64,000 nucleotides of DNA from an uncultured Bacteroidales bacterium (GTDB lineage Bacteria; Bacteroidota; Bacteroidia; Bacteroidales; UBA4417). Shown here in pieces: positions 19,826-28,104 of the stretch (positions are counted from its first letter, which is position 1; every line of letters starts with the position of its first letter). Position numbers and translations under genes: made by a program. The stretch lies in contig CALBZC010000010.1 of the NCBI GenBank assembly GCA_937889945.1, positions 129,666-193,665 of the forward strand, given 5' to 3'. The notes below the pieces were generated by a model. That model saw only the letters and a program-made list of their open reading frames with translations. It did no database searches and was not told the DNA's origin.

Positions 19826-20608
19826 TTACTTAAATACTTTATTTTCATTTAGTTGCTTACAAATTTCATAACAAATAATGGCATTTGCAATTGAAGCATT
19901 TAGCGATTCTGCAAGGGTTTGCGATGAATTTGAGGTGAAGTGGGGTATGTGTATAGGAGTATTGACAAAATCTATTAAATTTCTTGAAATACCATGAGAC
20001 TCGCTCCCGATTAAAATTATGCCTGAGCGTAAAAATTTAGTGTTGGCAAGGCTTGGACCCTCCAATAAAGCGCCATATACAGGAATATCCTTATTTTTAG
20101 AGAAGAATTCGTCTAAGTTTGTATATTTTATATTTATGCGGCTGAATGAACCCATGGTAGCCTGTATGGTTTTTGGGTTGTAAAAATCTACACTGTTCTG
20201 GGAACATATTATTTGTGTAATGCCGAACCAATCGGCAGTGCGTGCCATAGTGCCTAAGTTACCGGGATCCTTAATATTGTCTAATGCAAGTATCATTTGG
20301 CTGGTGTCAATAGATAGTTGTTCATTTGGCATTTTTGCTACCGCAATCACTTGATTTGGAGTACTTAAATCACTTATTTTTTTGAGTTCGTTTTCGGTGA
20401 TTTCCTGTATTTCCGTTTTTTTATTGTGAATGGAGCTTGCATTACGTTCAATCCATTCTCCTATGGCATATACACAAATGGTTTCCATATTGCTGTTCAG
20501 TAGCTCAGTCACGCATTTTTCGCCTTCTACAATAAAAGCACCGTGCTGTTGCCTGTATTTTTTCAGCTTCAGGGAGTTTATATATTTTTGTCGGTTGTGT
20601 GAAAGCAT
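19826..20608 (-). CDS. TrmH/SpoU-family RNA 2'-O-methyltransferase
   Basis: 260 aa. SpoU methylase blocks are present (LDNIKDPGNLGTMARTA, IGSESHGIS, SLNASIANAI). Confidence 0.85.
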   Translation of the reverse strand: MLSHNRQKYINSLKLKKYRQQHGAFIVEGEKCVTELLNSNMETICVYAIGEWIERNASSIHNKKTEIQEITENELKKISDLSTPNQVIAVAKMPNEQLSIDTSQMILALDNIKDPGNLGTMARTADWFGITQIICSQNSVDFYNPKTIQATMGSFSRINIKYTNLDEFFSKNKDIPVYGALLEGPSLANTKFLRSGIILIGSESHGISRNLIDFVNTPIHIPHFTSNSSQTLAESLNASIANAIICYEICKQLNENKVFK

Positions 20609-20611
20609 AAA

Positions 20612-20641
20612 TAAAAAATCCCGATAAATGGTATCGGGATT
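20612..20641 (-). terminator. rho-independent terminator of the rpsF-rpsR-rplI operon
   Basis: 9-bp stem atcccgata / tatcgggat with a 5-nt loop. It is followed on the minus strand by a T-run and lies 22 nt past the rplI stop. Confidence 0.75.
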
Positions 20642-20662
20642 AAAGATATAATTTTTTTGAAC

Positions 20663-21112
20663 TTATTCGGCAAAAACTTCTAAACTAATAGCAGTTTTAA
20701 CATCTTTGTAAAGATTAACTTGCGCAGTATAGTTTCCAACTTCTTTGATAGCTTCGCCATCAACAACAATTTTTTTGCGGTCGATTTCTATATTGTGTTG
20801 TTCCTTTAAAGCATCAGCAACTTGAATATTGTTTACCGAGCCATAAATTTTACCTGTAGTTGCAGCTTTTGCGCCGATTTTTACAGTGAGGTTTTCGAGT
20901 TTTGAAACCATGGCTTCAGCATCTTTGCGTATTTTTTGCTCTTTAAAAGCTTTTTGTTTTTGGTTTTCGGCATTAATTTTTTTAGCTGATGCCGTAGCCA
21001 TAACAGCATATCCTTGTGGAATAAGATAGTTTTGGGCATAACCGTCTTTCACGGTTACCACATCATTGGCGTAACCTAAGTTTAATACGTCTTTCTTTAA
21101 AATAATTTCCAT
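20663..21112 (-). CDS. rplI: 50S ribosomal protein L9
   Basis: 149 aa. The MEIILKKDVLNLGYANDVVTVKDGYAQNYLIPQGYA N-terminus is typical of L9, and the gene follows rpsR. Confidence 0.95.
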   Translation of the reverse strand: MEIILKKDVLNLGYANDVVTVKDGYAQNYLIPQGYAVMATASAKKINAENQKQKAFKEQKIRKDAEAMVSKLENLTVKIGAKAATTGKIYGSVNNIQVADALKEQHNIEIDRKKIVVDGEAIKEVGNYTAQVNLYKDVKTAISLEVFAE

Positions 21113-21126
21113 AACAATCCTCCCTC

Positions 21127-21393
21127 TTATTTTAATAAATCTGCAACATAAGGTAATAACGATAAATGGCGGGCGCGTTTAACGGCTTGAGCCACTTTGC
21201 GTTGATATTTGGTGCTGGTTCCGGTTAAGCGACGAGGTAAAATTTTACCTTGCTCGTTGATAAATTTCAAAAGGAAATCAGCATCCTTGTAGTCAATATA
21301 TTTAATACCGCTCTTTTTAAAACGGCAGTATTTTTTCTTTTTGACGTCAACCGCTATGGGAGTCAAATATTTTATATCTGTGCCTTGTGTCAT
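21127..21393 (-). CDS. rpsR: 30S ribosomal protein S18
   Basis: 88 aa. It has the S18 block [32 protein letters not shown]. Confidence 0.95.
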   Translation of the reverse strand: MTQGTDIKYLTPIAVDVKKKKYCRFKKSGIKYIDYKDADFLLKFINEQGKILPRRLTGTSTKYQRKVAQAVKRARHLSLLPYVADLLK

Positions 21394-21417
21394 TTTTTTA
21401 ATTTTAAAGGGTTACAA

Positions 21418-21777
21418 TTAAGCTTGCGTTTTTTCTGCAGCTTTTGCAGCTTTGTTAGCTTTGCGTTTTTCGCTGTATGCAACGGCATGTTTATCAAGAG
21501 AAATGGTTAAAAAACGCATGATACGCTCATCGCGTTTCAACGCAATTTCAAAATCTTTGATAATGTTACCTTCAGCTTTAAATTCAACCAAATGATAAAA
21601 TCCGGTCGATTTTTTCTGAATAGGGTAAGCTAATTTACGAAGTCCCCAATTGTCTTCGTGAATAATTGTAGCTCCTTTATCCGTGAGGATTTTTTGGAAT
21701 TTGTTTACCGTTTCCTTCATCTGTTCGTCAGATAAAACGGGAGTCATAATGAAAACGGCTTCATACTGTTTAATCAT
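21418..21777 (-). CDS. rpsF: 30S ribosomal protein S6
   Basis: 119 aa. It has the [14 protein letters not shown]-terminus and the [10 protein letters not shown] block, and is first in the S6-S18-L9 order. Confidence 0.95.
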   Translation of the reverse strand: MIKQYEAVFIMTPVLSDEQMKETVNKFQKILTDKGATIIHEDNWGLRKLAYPIQKKSTGFYHLVEFKAEGNIIKDFEIALKRDERIMRFLTISLDKHAVAYSEKRKANKAAKAAEKTQA

Positions 21778-21827
21778 CTGTTTTTGTTTAAATTAAAAAT
21801 TAATAATTCGATTTTTTAAACGGATTG

Positions 21828-21835
21828 CAAAAGTA
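21828..21835 (-). promoter_or_regulatory. Bacteroidota -7 promoter motif (TACTTTTG) for rpsF operon
   Basis: The minus strand reads TACTTTTG, about 50 nt upstream of the rpsF ATG. Confidence 0.5.
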
Positions 21836-21975
21836 CAAAATACTTTTTAAATTTTGATAAAAAACTTTCGTTCTCAATCAAAAAATAAATCATTTTCTTC
21901 AAGTTTATGATAGCGTATGGATTTTTAAATGTGTATTTTACCTCAAGAGCACATATATGTAATTGCATTACTTGC

Positions 21976-22371
21976 TTATTTTAAATGTTCAAGTATCTCC
22001 AAATTAATTTCTTCACTTTCTGCATTTTTAAGGATTTCATCCCAATCGCAATTATCTATAAAACCTATTTCTCCTGTTTCTTTATTGCGGATTACAAGGT
22101 CTTTATGTATAATATCGTATTTTGTAATACGTAACAGGACTGTAAATGATGCAATTATAATCAGTATTCCCCATAAAATATGGAGATGGAATGTATGGTG
22201 TACCATAAGCGCGGCTAAAAAGCTTACTAATAGCAGAAGTGCTCCCCACTCTTTACGTTTTCTGTTTTCTACCAGTAATTTTTTGCATTGGGGGCATCGT
22301 ATAATATCATCTCTGTTTCCGAATAAATTATAGGATATTTTGGTATGGCAATGGGGGCATGGTTTTTTCAT
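21976..22371 (-). CDS. zinc-ribbon membrane protein, hypothetical
   Basis: 131 aa. An N-terminal CPHC...CPQC zinc-ribbon pair is followed by two hydrophobic helices. I prefer it over the overlapping plus-strand ORF, which is S/I/L-rich and featureless. Confidence 0.6.
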   Translation of the reverse strand: MKKPCPHCHTKISYNLFGNRDDIIRCPQCKKLLVENRKRKEWGALLLLVSFLAALMVHHTFHLHILWGILIIIASFTVLLRITKYDIIHKDLVIRNKETGEIGFIDNCDWDEILKNAESEEINLEILEHLK

Positions 22372-22471
22372 GACAGTTATTTTTTACATTTTTTTAAGTC
22401 CGATTGAATATAGAAACTCATCGAAGCTTTGTAATATTTTGCATGTCTTTTCATATTTTTAGTATTTATTT

Positions 22472-23611
22472 TTATGCAATCATTTTATTGCATATAAATT
22501 CAGCGGCTTTCCCATTGCCAAATATAGGAGGAAACGCTGTTTGCGGATTATTTATAAAGTGTGTTATGGCTTTTATAATGCGGTTGGCGTCAGCATCTGC
22601 TATTATGCCGCATTGGTTTTCAACAATTTCAACCCATTCTGTTTCAGGCCTTGCTATAACCAACGGTTTTCTGAAGAAATAAGCTTCTTTTTGCACTCCT
22701 CCCGAATCTGTTAGTATCAAATGGGCATGTTTTTCAAGCATCATCATTTCTAAGTATGAAACAGGCGGGATAATCCTGATGTGGGGATTATGCATCAACG
22801 CATCATAAAGATTTGCAGATAATTGGGTATTGATAATATTTTTTGTGCGTGGATGCAGCGGCAATACCACATCAAGACCAAATTTTTCGGTAACCGCAAC
22901 CAATGCTTTTATAATTTCCGCGAAACGTTCAGGAATATCTGTGTTATTATCACGGTGAATGGTAGTCAGTATAAATCTGTTACTTTTAATATTTAAATCA
23001 TTGAGAATGTTTATCTTGTTTTCTATAATCTCACTGTAGTACACCAAGTTATCGAACATAATATCACCGCAGTGAAATACGCCTTGCTTATCGGCTGTAT
23101 AAGGAGCGGGGGCATTTATAGGGAAACCTTCACGCTTTAAATTTTCAATGCCAGCAAGGCTTGGCACAAACAGCAGGGTAGAAGCATGGTCGCACATGAT
23201 GCGGTTTATTTCTTCGGGCATGCTTTTGTTAAAAGAACGTAATCCGGCTTCTATATGGACAATAGGAATATGAATTTTGCTTGCCGCAATGGCGCCGGCA
23301 AGTGTGGAGTTTGTGTCGCCATATACCACAAGGTAATCAGGGGTCTCTTTTTGTAATATTTCTTCAATACCTTGCAGCATAAGGGCTGTTTGTTTTCCGT
23401 GTGGTGCAGATCCTATATTAAGGTTAATATGCGGAGCCGGTATTCCCAGTTCATCAAAAAAAACTTGCGACATGGATGCATCATAGTGTTGACCCGTATG
23501 TACAATATATTCTGTTATTTTATCTTTGAAATGATTTTTGATTGTACGGCTGAGGGCGGCTGCTTTTATAATTTGCGGTCGGGCGCCTATTACGGTTACT
23601 ATTTTTATCAT
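22472..23611 (-). CDS. wecB: UDP-N-acetylglucosamine 2-epimerase (non-hydrolysing)
   Basis: 379 aa. Family blocks are present: MIKIVTVIGARPQIIK, VHTGQHYD, GDTNSTLAGA, HIEAGLRSF and TDSGGVQKEA. Confidence 0.9.
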   Translation of the reverse strand: MIKIVTVIGARPQIIKAAALSRTIKNHFKDKITEYIVHTGQHYDASMSQVFFDELGIPAPHINLNIGSAPHGKQTALMLQGIEEILQKETPDYLVVYGDTNSTLAGAIAASKIHIPIVHIEAGLRSFNKSMPEEINRIMCDHASTLLFVPSLAGIENLKREGFPINAPAPYTADKQGVFHCGDIMFDNLVYYSEIIENKINILNDLNIKSNRFILTTIHRDNNTDIPERFAEIIKALVAVTEKFGLDVVLPLHPRTKNIINTQLSANLYDALMHNPHIRIIPPVSYLEMMMLEKHAHLILTDSGGVQKEAYFFRKPLVIARPETEWVEIVENQCGIIADADANRIIKAITHFINNPQTAFPPIFGNGKAAEFICNKMIA

Positions 23612-23659
23612 GGTAAAAAGTAATTAATATCTTTTTGTTGTTTATAGAATTTTTGTATT

Positions 23660-24355
23660 TCAGAGTAATCCTTCATCGGCAAAGCTAAAATATTTTCCAT
23701 CACCTACTATAATATGGTCTATGATGGATATATCTAAAAGTTTAGCTCCATTTTGCAGTTTTTTTGTTAGCGCAATATCATTTTCACTTGGTTTCAGTTG
23801 TCCTGAAGGATGGTTGTGTGCCAAAATAATTCCGGAAGCATATTTGTCAATAGCTTTTTTGAATATTTTTTTAGGATCCACAAGGGTTGATGTTATGCCG
23901 CCATCGCTTATGCGTTCTGTTTTTATAACTTTGTTGGCTTGGTTTAAAAGCATGATATAAAAACTTTCATAATTCAAGTCTGCCAAATCTTTTATTAATA
24001 TAGAATAAGCATCTTTACTATTCGTTATTGTAGGGTTTTCATTTTGTAAAGTTGCACTCCGTCGGCGTCCTATTTCAAGAGCGGCGGTAATGGTAACGGC
24101 TTTGGCTTCACCTATACCTCTATATTTTATTAAATCGGCAATGTCTAAACGTGCCAAATCGGAAAGGTTGTCTTTGCTGTCTTTCAAAATACGTTGCGAA
24201 AGCTCTACTGCAGACTCTTCTGTGTTGCCCGAACCTATGAGAATGGCGATAAGTTCTGCGTTGCTCAGCGCTGATGCTCCTTTTAGCAGGAGCTTTTCAC
24301 GCGGACGATCATCTTCAGCCCAATTTTTTATGGACTTATTTTTAGTCTTATCCAT
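23660..24355 (-). CDS. radC: RadC-family JAMM-motif protein
   Basis: 231 aa. It has an N-terminal helix-hairpin-helix region (LSNAELIAILIGSG) and the C-terminal HNHPSG motif. Confidence 0.9.
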   Translation of the reverse strand: MDKTKNKSIKNWAEDDRPREKLLLKGASALSNAELIAILIGSGNTEESAVELSQRILKDSKDNLSDLARLDIADLIKYRGIGEAKAVTITAALEIGRRRSATLQNENPTITNSKDAYSILIKDLADLNYESFYIMLLNQANKVIKTERISDGGITSTLVDPKKIFKKAIDKYASGIILAHNHPSGQLKPSENDIALTKKLQNGAKLLDISIIDHIIVGDGKYFSFADEGLL

Positions 24356-24416
24356 TGGCAGTATTTATATGTAACTGCAAAATAACTAAATATTTTTGTT
24401 AAGCCCTAAAAAGGCA

Positions 24417-24447
24417 TAAAAAAACCTCTGTAATATTACAGAGGTTT
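24417..24447 (-). terminator. rho-independent terminator of rpsT
   Basis: 11-bp stem aaacctctgta / tacagaggttt. It is followed on the minus strand by a T-run and lies 24 nt past the rpsT stop. Confidence 0.75.
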
Positions 24448-24470
24448 AACGCGTTTCTTTTATGTAAAAA

Positions 24471-24722
24471 CTAAAGTGCATTTACTTTTTTGGTAAGTTT
24501 TGACTTTAAGTTTGCAGCTTTATTTTTGTGAATAATGCTTCTTTTGGCAAGTTTATCGATTAAAGAAACTAAAGAAGGAAGTTTTTCGGTAGCCTCTTTT
24601 TTATCTTCTAATTCACGAAAACCTCTTACTGCGTTACGCATTGTTCTTGCATAGTACCTGTTACGAAGTCTTTTCTTTTCGTTAGCTCTGATTCTTTTAA
24701 TAGATGATTTGTGATTTGCCAT
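24471..24722 (-). CDS. rpsT: 30S ribosomal protein S20
   Basis: 83 aa. It has the [22 protein letters not shown]-terminus and is basic and helical. Confidence 0.95.
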   Translation of the reverse strand: MANHKSSIKRIRANEKKRLRNRYYARTMRNAVRGFRELEDKKEATEKLPSLVSLIDKLAKRSIIHKNKAANLKSKLTKKVNAL

Positions 24723-24741
24723 TACTATTTTTTATTTTTTG

Positions 24742-24813
24742 TAGTCCGTAGGGGAATCGAACCCCTGTTACAAGGATGAAAACCTTGCGTCCTAACCCCT
24801 AGACGAACGGACC
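24742..24813 (-). tRNA. tRNA-Glu (anticodon UUC)
   Basis: The minus strand reads GGTCCGTTCGTCTAGGGGTTAGGACGCAAGGTTTTCATCCTTGTAACAGGGGTTCGATTCCCCTACGGACTA. It folds as a cloverleaf with anticodon stem CAAGG/CCTTG, loop TTTTCAT and a T-arm AGGGG TTCGATT CCCCT. No CCA is encoded. Confidence 0.95.
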
Positions 24814-24833
24814 ATTATTCATTTTTGAGGTTG

Positions 24834-24841
24834 CAAAGGTA
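24834..24841 (-). promoter_or_regulatory. Bacteroidota -7 promoter motif (TACCTTTG) for tRNA-Glu / rpsT
   Basis: The minus strand reads TACCTTTG, 21 nt upstream of the tRNA 5' end. Confidence 0.5.
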
Positions 24842-24915
24842 ATACTTTTTTTTAATCCTGCAAGAACAAAAAGAAAAAATATTAAAAAATATTTTTAAAA
24901 AATATTTTGAGTCAA

Positions 24916-25608
24916 TTATATTTCTTGTTGCATATCTGCCTGAAACCTGAATCCCAGCCTTTTACCTGTAACCATGCGTGTGTTTTCAACATTTGATTGT
25001 ATGTCATCTACGGTTACAATTTTTACCGCATCAAACGGCGGGGTTAGCAAATCAAAGTTTACAGTGTAGCGGATAGCTGATTCTACAAGCTCCCTCACTG
25101 ATTCCGGAGATATTATAGATGTTTCAAAATTGTTGTATAATTGACCTATTTCTTTTTTGCCTTCTATAAAATAATGTTTTTCATAATTAACAAACAACCG
25201 TCCAATCATATAACCTATATCATTTAAGCGATTATATTTTATGGAATCAGCTAAGAAGTTATGAATCATGATAACACCGCAGTATGAACGATCCTTATTT
25301 TCATTTATATAATGTGTTTTCATCACTTCATGGTCTCGCGAAAACTCAAAAACGTTGGTGTGTAAGGTAAAGAATAGCACATCGCTGCCAAACAGCAAAT
25401 CGATTTCCAATTCGCTGCGCTCATGGTATTCAAAGGGTATCCTTTCCGGATTGGAGCCAAACCGCTTATTATATTCTTTACATAGTTCTATTATTGTCTT
25501 TTTTATAAGCTTAAAAGTTTCAAGTGCGGCATTGTAAACTTGTTTCTTATAAAGATAATTATGCCTTAAGCCTTCAAATAAATCCTGATTGGGGACAATG
25601 TCTAACAT
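24916..25608 (-). CDS. hypothetical protein
   Basis: 230-aa ORF with balanced composition and no signal peptide. No motif was recognised. Confidence 0.6.
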   Translation of the reverse strand: MLDIVPNQDLFEGLRHNYLYKKQVYNAALETFKLIKKTIIELCKEYNKRFGSNPERIPFEYHERSELEIDLLFGSDVLFFTLHTNVFEFSRDHEVMKTHYINENKDRSYCGVIMIHNFLADSIKYNRLNDIGYMIGRLFVNYEKHYFIEGKKEIGQLYNNFETSIISPESVRELVESAIRYTVNFDLLTPPFDAVKIVTVDDIQSNVENTRMVTGKRLGFRFQADMQQEI

Positions 25609-25662
25609 GATAATTATATTTTAAAAAGTGGTAAAGATAAAAACCTTTACTTATAAAAACAC

Positions 25663-27222
25663 TTAAAAAATCTGATTTTTTTCTTTTATGGCATTTGCAC
25701 ATCTAACTCCGTCCATGGCAGAGGAAACTATTCCGCCGGCATAGCCCGCACCTTCGCCACAGGGATAAAGGTTTTCTATTTGCATATGGTGTAAGGTTTC
25801 ATTATTTCTTGGAATGCGCACAGGAGAGGAAGTGCGCGATTCTGTAGCTAAAATAACGGCATCGTTGGTGTAATATCCTCTCATTTTATTGTTAAAGAGT
25901 TTAAAGCCTTGTTGCAAGCGTGTTGCAATGGGAGCCGGCAGAATTTGTTGTATAGGTAGTGAAACAATACCCGGCTTATATGAACAATCAGGCAAGGATG
26001 TAGATACTTTATTTGCCGTGAAATCTACGATGCGTTGAGCCGGCGCTTGCTGGGTTTTTCCGGCAGCTTCCCAACATGCTTTTTCTATTTGTTTTTGATA
26101 CACAAGTCCGGCAAGCGCTCCGTGTTGTTGCAAATGAGCATAGTCCTGCGGCTCTATTTGCACCACGATGCCCGAATTGGCAAAAGGAGAGTTTCGTTTG
26201 CTGTTAGACATGCCGTTTACAACTACTTGTTCTGCTTCTGTTGCCGAAGGTACTATGGTTCCGCCCGGACACATGCAAAATGAGAAAACCCCTCTGTCTT
26301 CGGCGTGCGCCACCAAACTATATGATGCGGATGGCAGGTCGTTATGGTAGTTTCCGTGATATTGGATGCTATTAATAAGCGCTTGCGGATGCTCAGCCCG
26401 CACACCCATGGCAAAATTCTTTCCTTCTAATAGAATGCCTTTTTTGTGTAATAAAAAATAAATATCTGTTGCCGAATGACCTGTGGCTAAGATAACCGCT
26501 ATGCCCTCGAAGCGTTTTCCGGTGTGTGTTTCCACACTTTTAACTTTACTGTTTTGTATGTGTAAATCAATTACACGTTCGTTGAAATAAAACGCTCCAC
26601 CCGCGCTTTCAATTGTTTCATGGATAAGGGATATAATATGCGGCAGTTTGTCTGTGCCTATATGCGGATGGCTGTCTAATAAAATGTCTTTGTCCGCTCC
26701 ATGTTCTACAAGCGTTTCAAGAACATCCCTTATATTTCCCCTTTTGGAAGAACGTGTATATAATTTCCCATCGCTGTATGTTCCTGCACCTCCTTCCCCG
26801 AAACAGTAGTTAGAGTCAGGGTTGACAATATGAAAATTATTGAGCTTTGCAATATCCTGTTTACGGTTTTTTACATCTTTTCCTCTCTCAATAATAATGG
26901 GTTTGAAACCGTTATTAATCAGCCTTAACGCTGCAAACAACCCTGCCGGACCTGCACCTACAACTATTACAGGACTTTTTTTACTTACATCGGCGTAGGT
27001 TTTATTTCCAATGGGTTGTATTACCGGTGTTTCATCGATAAAAACTTCTGCTTTAAGCCGGTATTTTACTTTTTGCGCGCGTGCATCAAGGGAGCGTTGG
27101 AGCGGATTAACATGTTTAACACGCGAAACCGGAATATGCAGCGCTTGCGCATACATGCTTTTCCAAGTGCCGGGGTCATACGCTTGTTTAGGTGTAAGCG
27201 CTATTTCAATTTCTTTTCGCAT
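25663..27222 (-). CDS. NAD(P)/FAD-dependent oxidoreductase (uncharacterised FAD-dependent dehydrogenase family)
   Basis: 519 aa. It has a Rossmann dinucleotide motif (VIVVGAGPAGLFAAL) after a ~85-aa N-terminal extension, and a C-terminal CGEGAGYAGGI block. Confidence 0.8.
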   Translation of the reverse strand: MRKEIEIALTPKQAYDPGTWKSMYAQALHIPVSRVKHVNPLQRSLDARAQKVKYRLKAEVFIDETPVIQPIGNKTYADVSKKSPVIVVGAGPAGLFAALRLINNGFKPIIIERGKDVKNRKQDIAKLNNFHIVNPDSNYCFGEGGAGTYSDGKLYTRSSKRGNIRDVLETLVEHGADKDILLDSHPHIGTDKLPHIISLIHETIESAGGAFYFNERVIDLHIQNSKVKSVETHTGKRFEGIAVILATGHSATDIYFLLHKKGILLEGKNFAMGVRAEHPQALINSIQYHGNYHNDLPSASYSLVAHAEDRGVFSFCMCPGGTIVPSATEAEQVVVNGMSNSKRNSPFANSGIVVQIEPQDYAHLQQHGALAGLVYQKQIEKACWEAAGKTQQAPAQRIVDFTANKVSTSLPDCSYKPGIVSLPIQQILPAPIATRLQQGFKLFNNKMRGYYTNDAVILATESRTSSPVRIPRNNETLHHMQIENLYPCGEGAGYAGGIVSSAMDGVRCANAIKEKNQIF

Positions 27223-27239
27223 CTAACGCCTTATTATTC

Positions 27240-27953
27240 TTATAATATTTCGAATCTAACTTTCATCTCGTATCTCAGCTTTATTTTTCTTCCGTTTGAA
27301 AAGTCGTTACTTCCTCCGGCATCCATGGAAGCATTGCTTGCTACGGCTTGTGCGCGCCACCAAATATTATTGTCGTTATTTACTTCTTCAATGGAAATAA
27401 CATCTGTAATTTTCTTTTTAAGCGTTTGGCAAAGGTATTCGGCCTTTTCTTTGGCAACTTGTAAAGCTTCTATCTTTAGTTTTTTGCGTACTTCGGCAAG
27501 TTTACTGCTTTTAAGCTCTCCTATGTTCATGTATGAAATGCCTTTTATATCAATATTCTTGATAATATCATCTACTTTCTTGAAATCGGGCAACGATAGC
27601 ACAATTTGTTTACTTATTAAAAACTCTTCCCCTTTATTTCTATAGTAATTACCTATTTCGTTTACGGTAATTTTATCTTGTGTAATTCCTATTTTGTTTA
27701 AGTCGGCTATAAGATTTTGTTGAATTTCGATGATTGAAACTTTATTCTTATATTTTTCCGGCTTCATATTTTTAAACTCTTCTTTCCAATATTCTTCAAT
27801 ACCGATGATAAATTTAATTTCATCCGGTTCAAGTTCAGACTCCACGCTGCCTGTAACTTCAATAAACCGGTAGCAGTTATTGGTCGTGTTTTGAGATTGT
27901 ACAAATCCGAATAAAAATAAGGAAATAGCCAATGTTAGAATAATACGCTTCAT
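27240..27953 (-). CDS. SIMPL domain-containing periplasmic protein
   Basis: 237 aa with a signal peptide. The layout (VTGSVESELEPDE...; C-terminal IKLRYEMKVRFEIL) is as recalled for the SIMPL/DUF541 family. Confidence 0.65.
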   Translation of the reverse strand: MKRIILTLAISLFLFGFVQSQNTTNNCYRFIEVTGSVESELEPDEIKFIIGIEEYWKEEFKNMKPEKYKNKVSIIEIQQNLIADLNKIGITQDKITVNEIGNYYRNKGEEFLISKQIVLSLPDFKKVDDIIKNIDIKGISYMNIGELKSSKLAEVRKKLKIEALQVAKEKAEYLCQTLKKKITDVISIEEVNNDNNIWWRAQAVASNASMDAGGSNDFSNGRKIKLRYEMKVRFEIL

Positions 27954-28104
27954 CTTTTTATGAGTTTATATTTTATTGAAAATACTATGTTTAATATTTA
28001 ACTTTTAATTCTTAGAATAACAAATGTTTATATATATGTTTTAATTAACATTATTTAATAATTGCTTATTCTTTTGATAAAAATAATCAAAAACAGTACC
28101 TTTT

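Noticed and set aside
21929-22333. 134-aa plus-strand ORF overlapping the 21976-22371 minus-strand ORF
   Set aside because: The minus-strand product has a CPHC/CPQC zinc ribbon and two clean TM helices. The plus-strand product is featureless and S/I/L-rich, so only one can be real.
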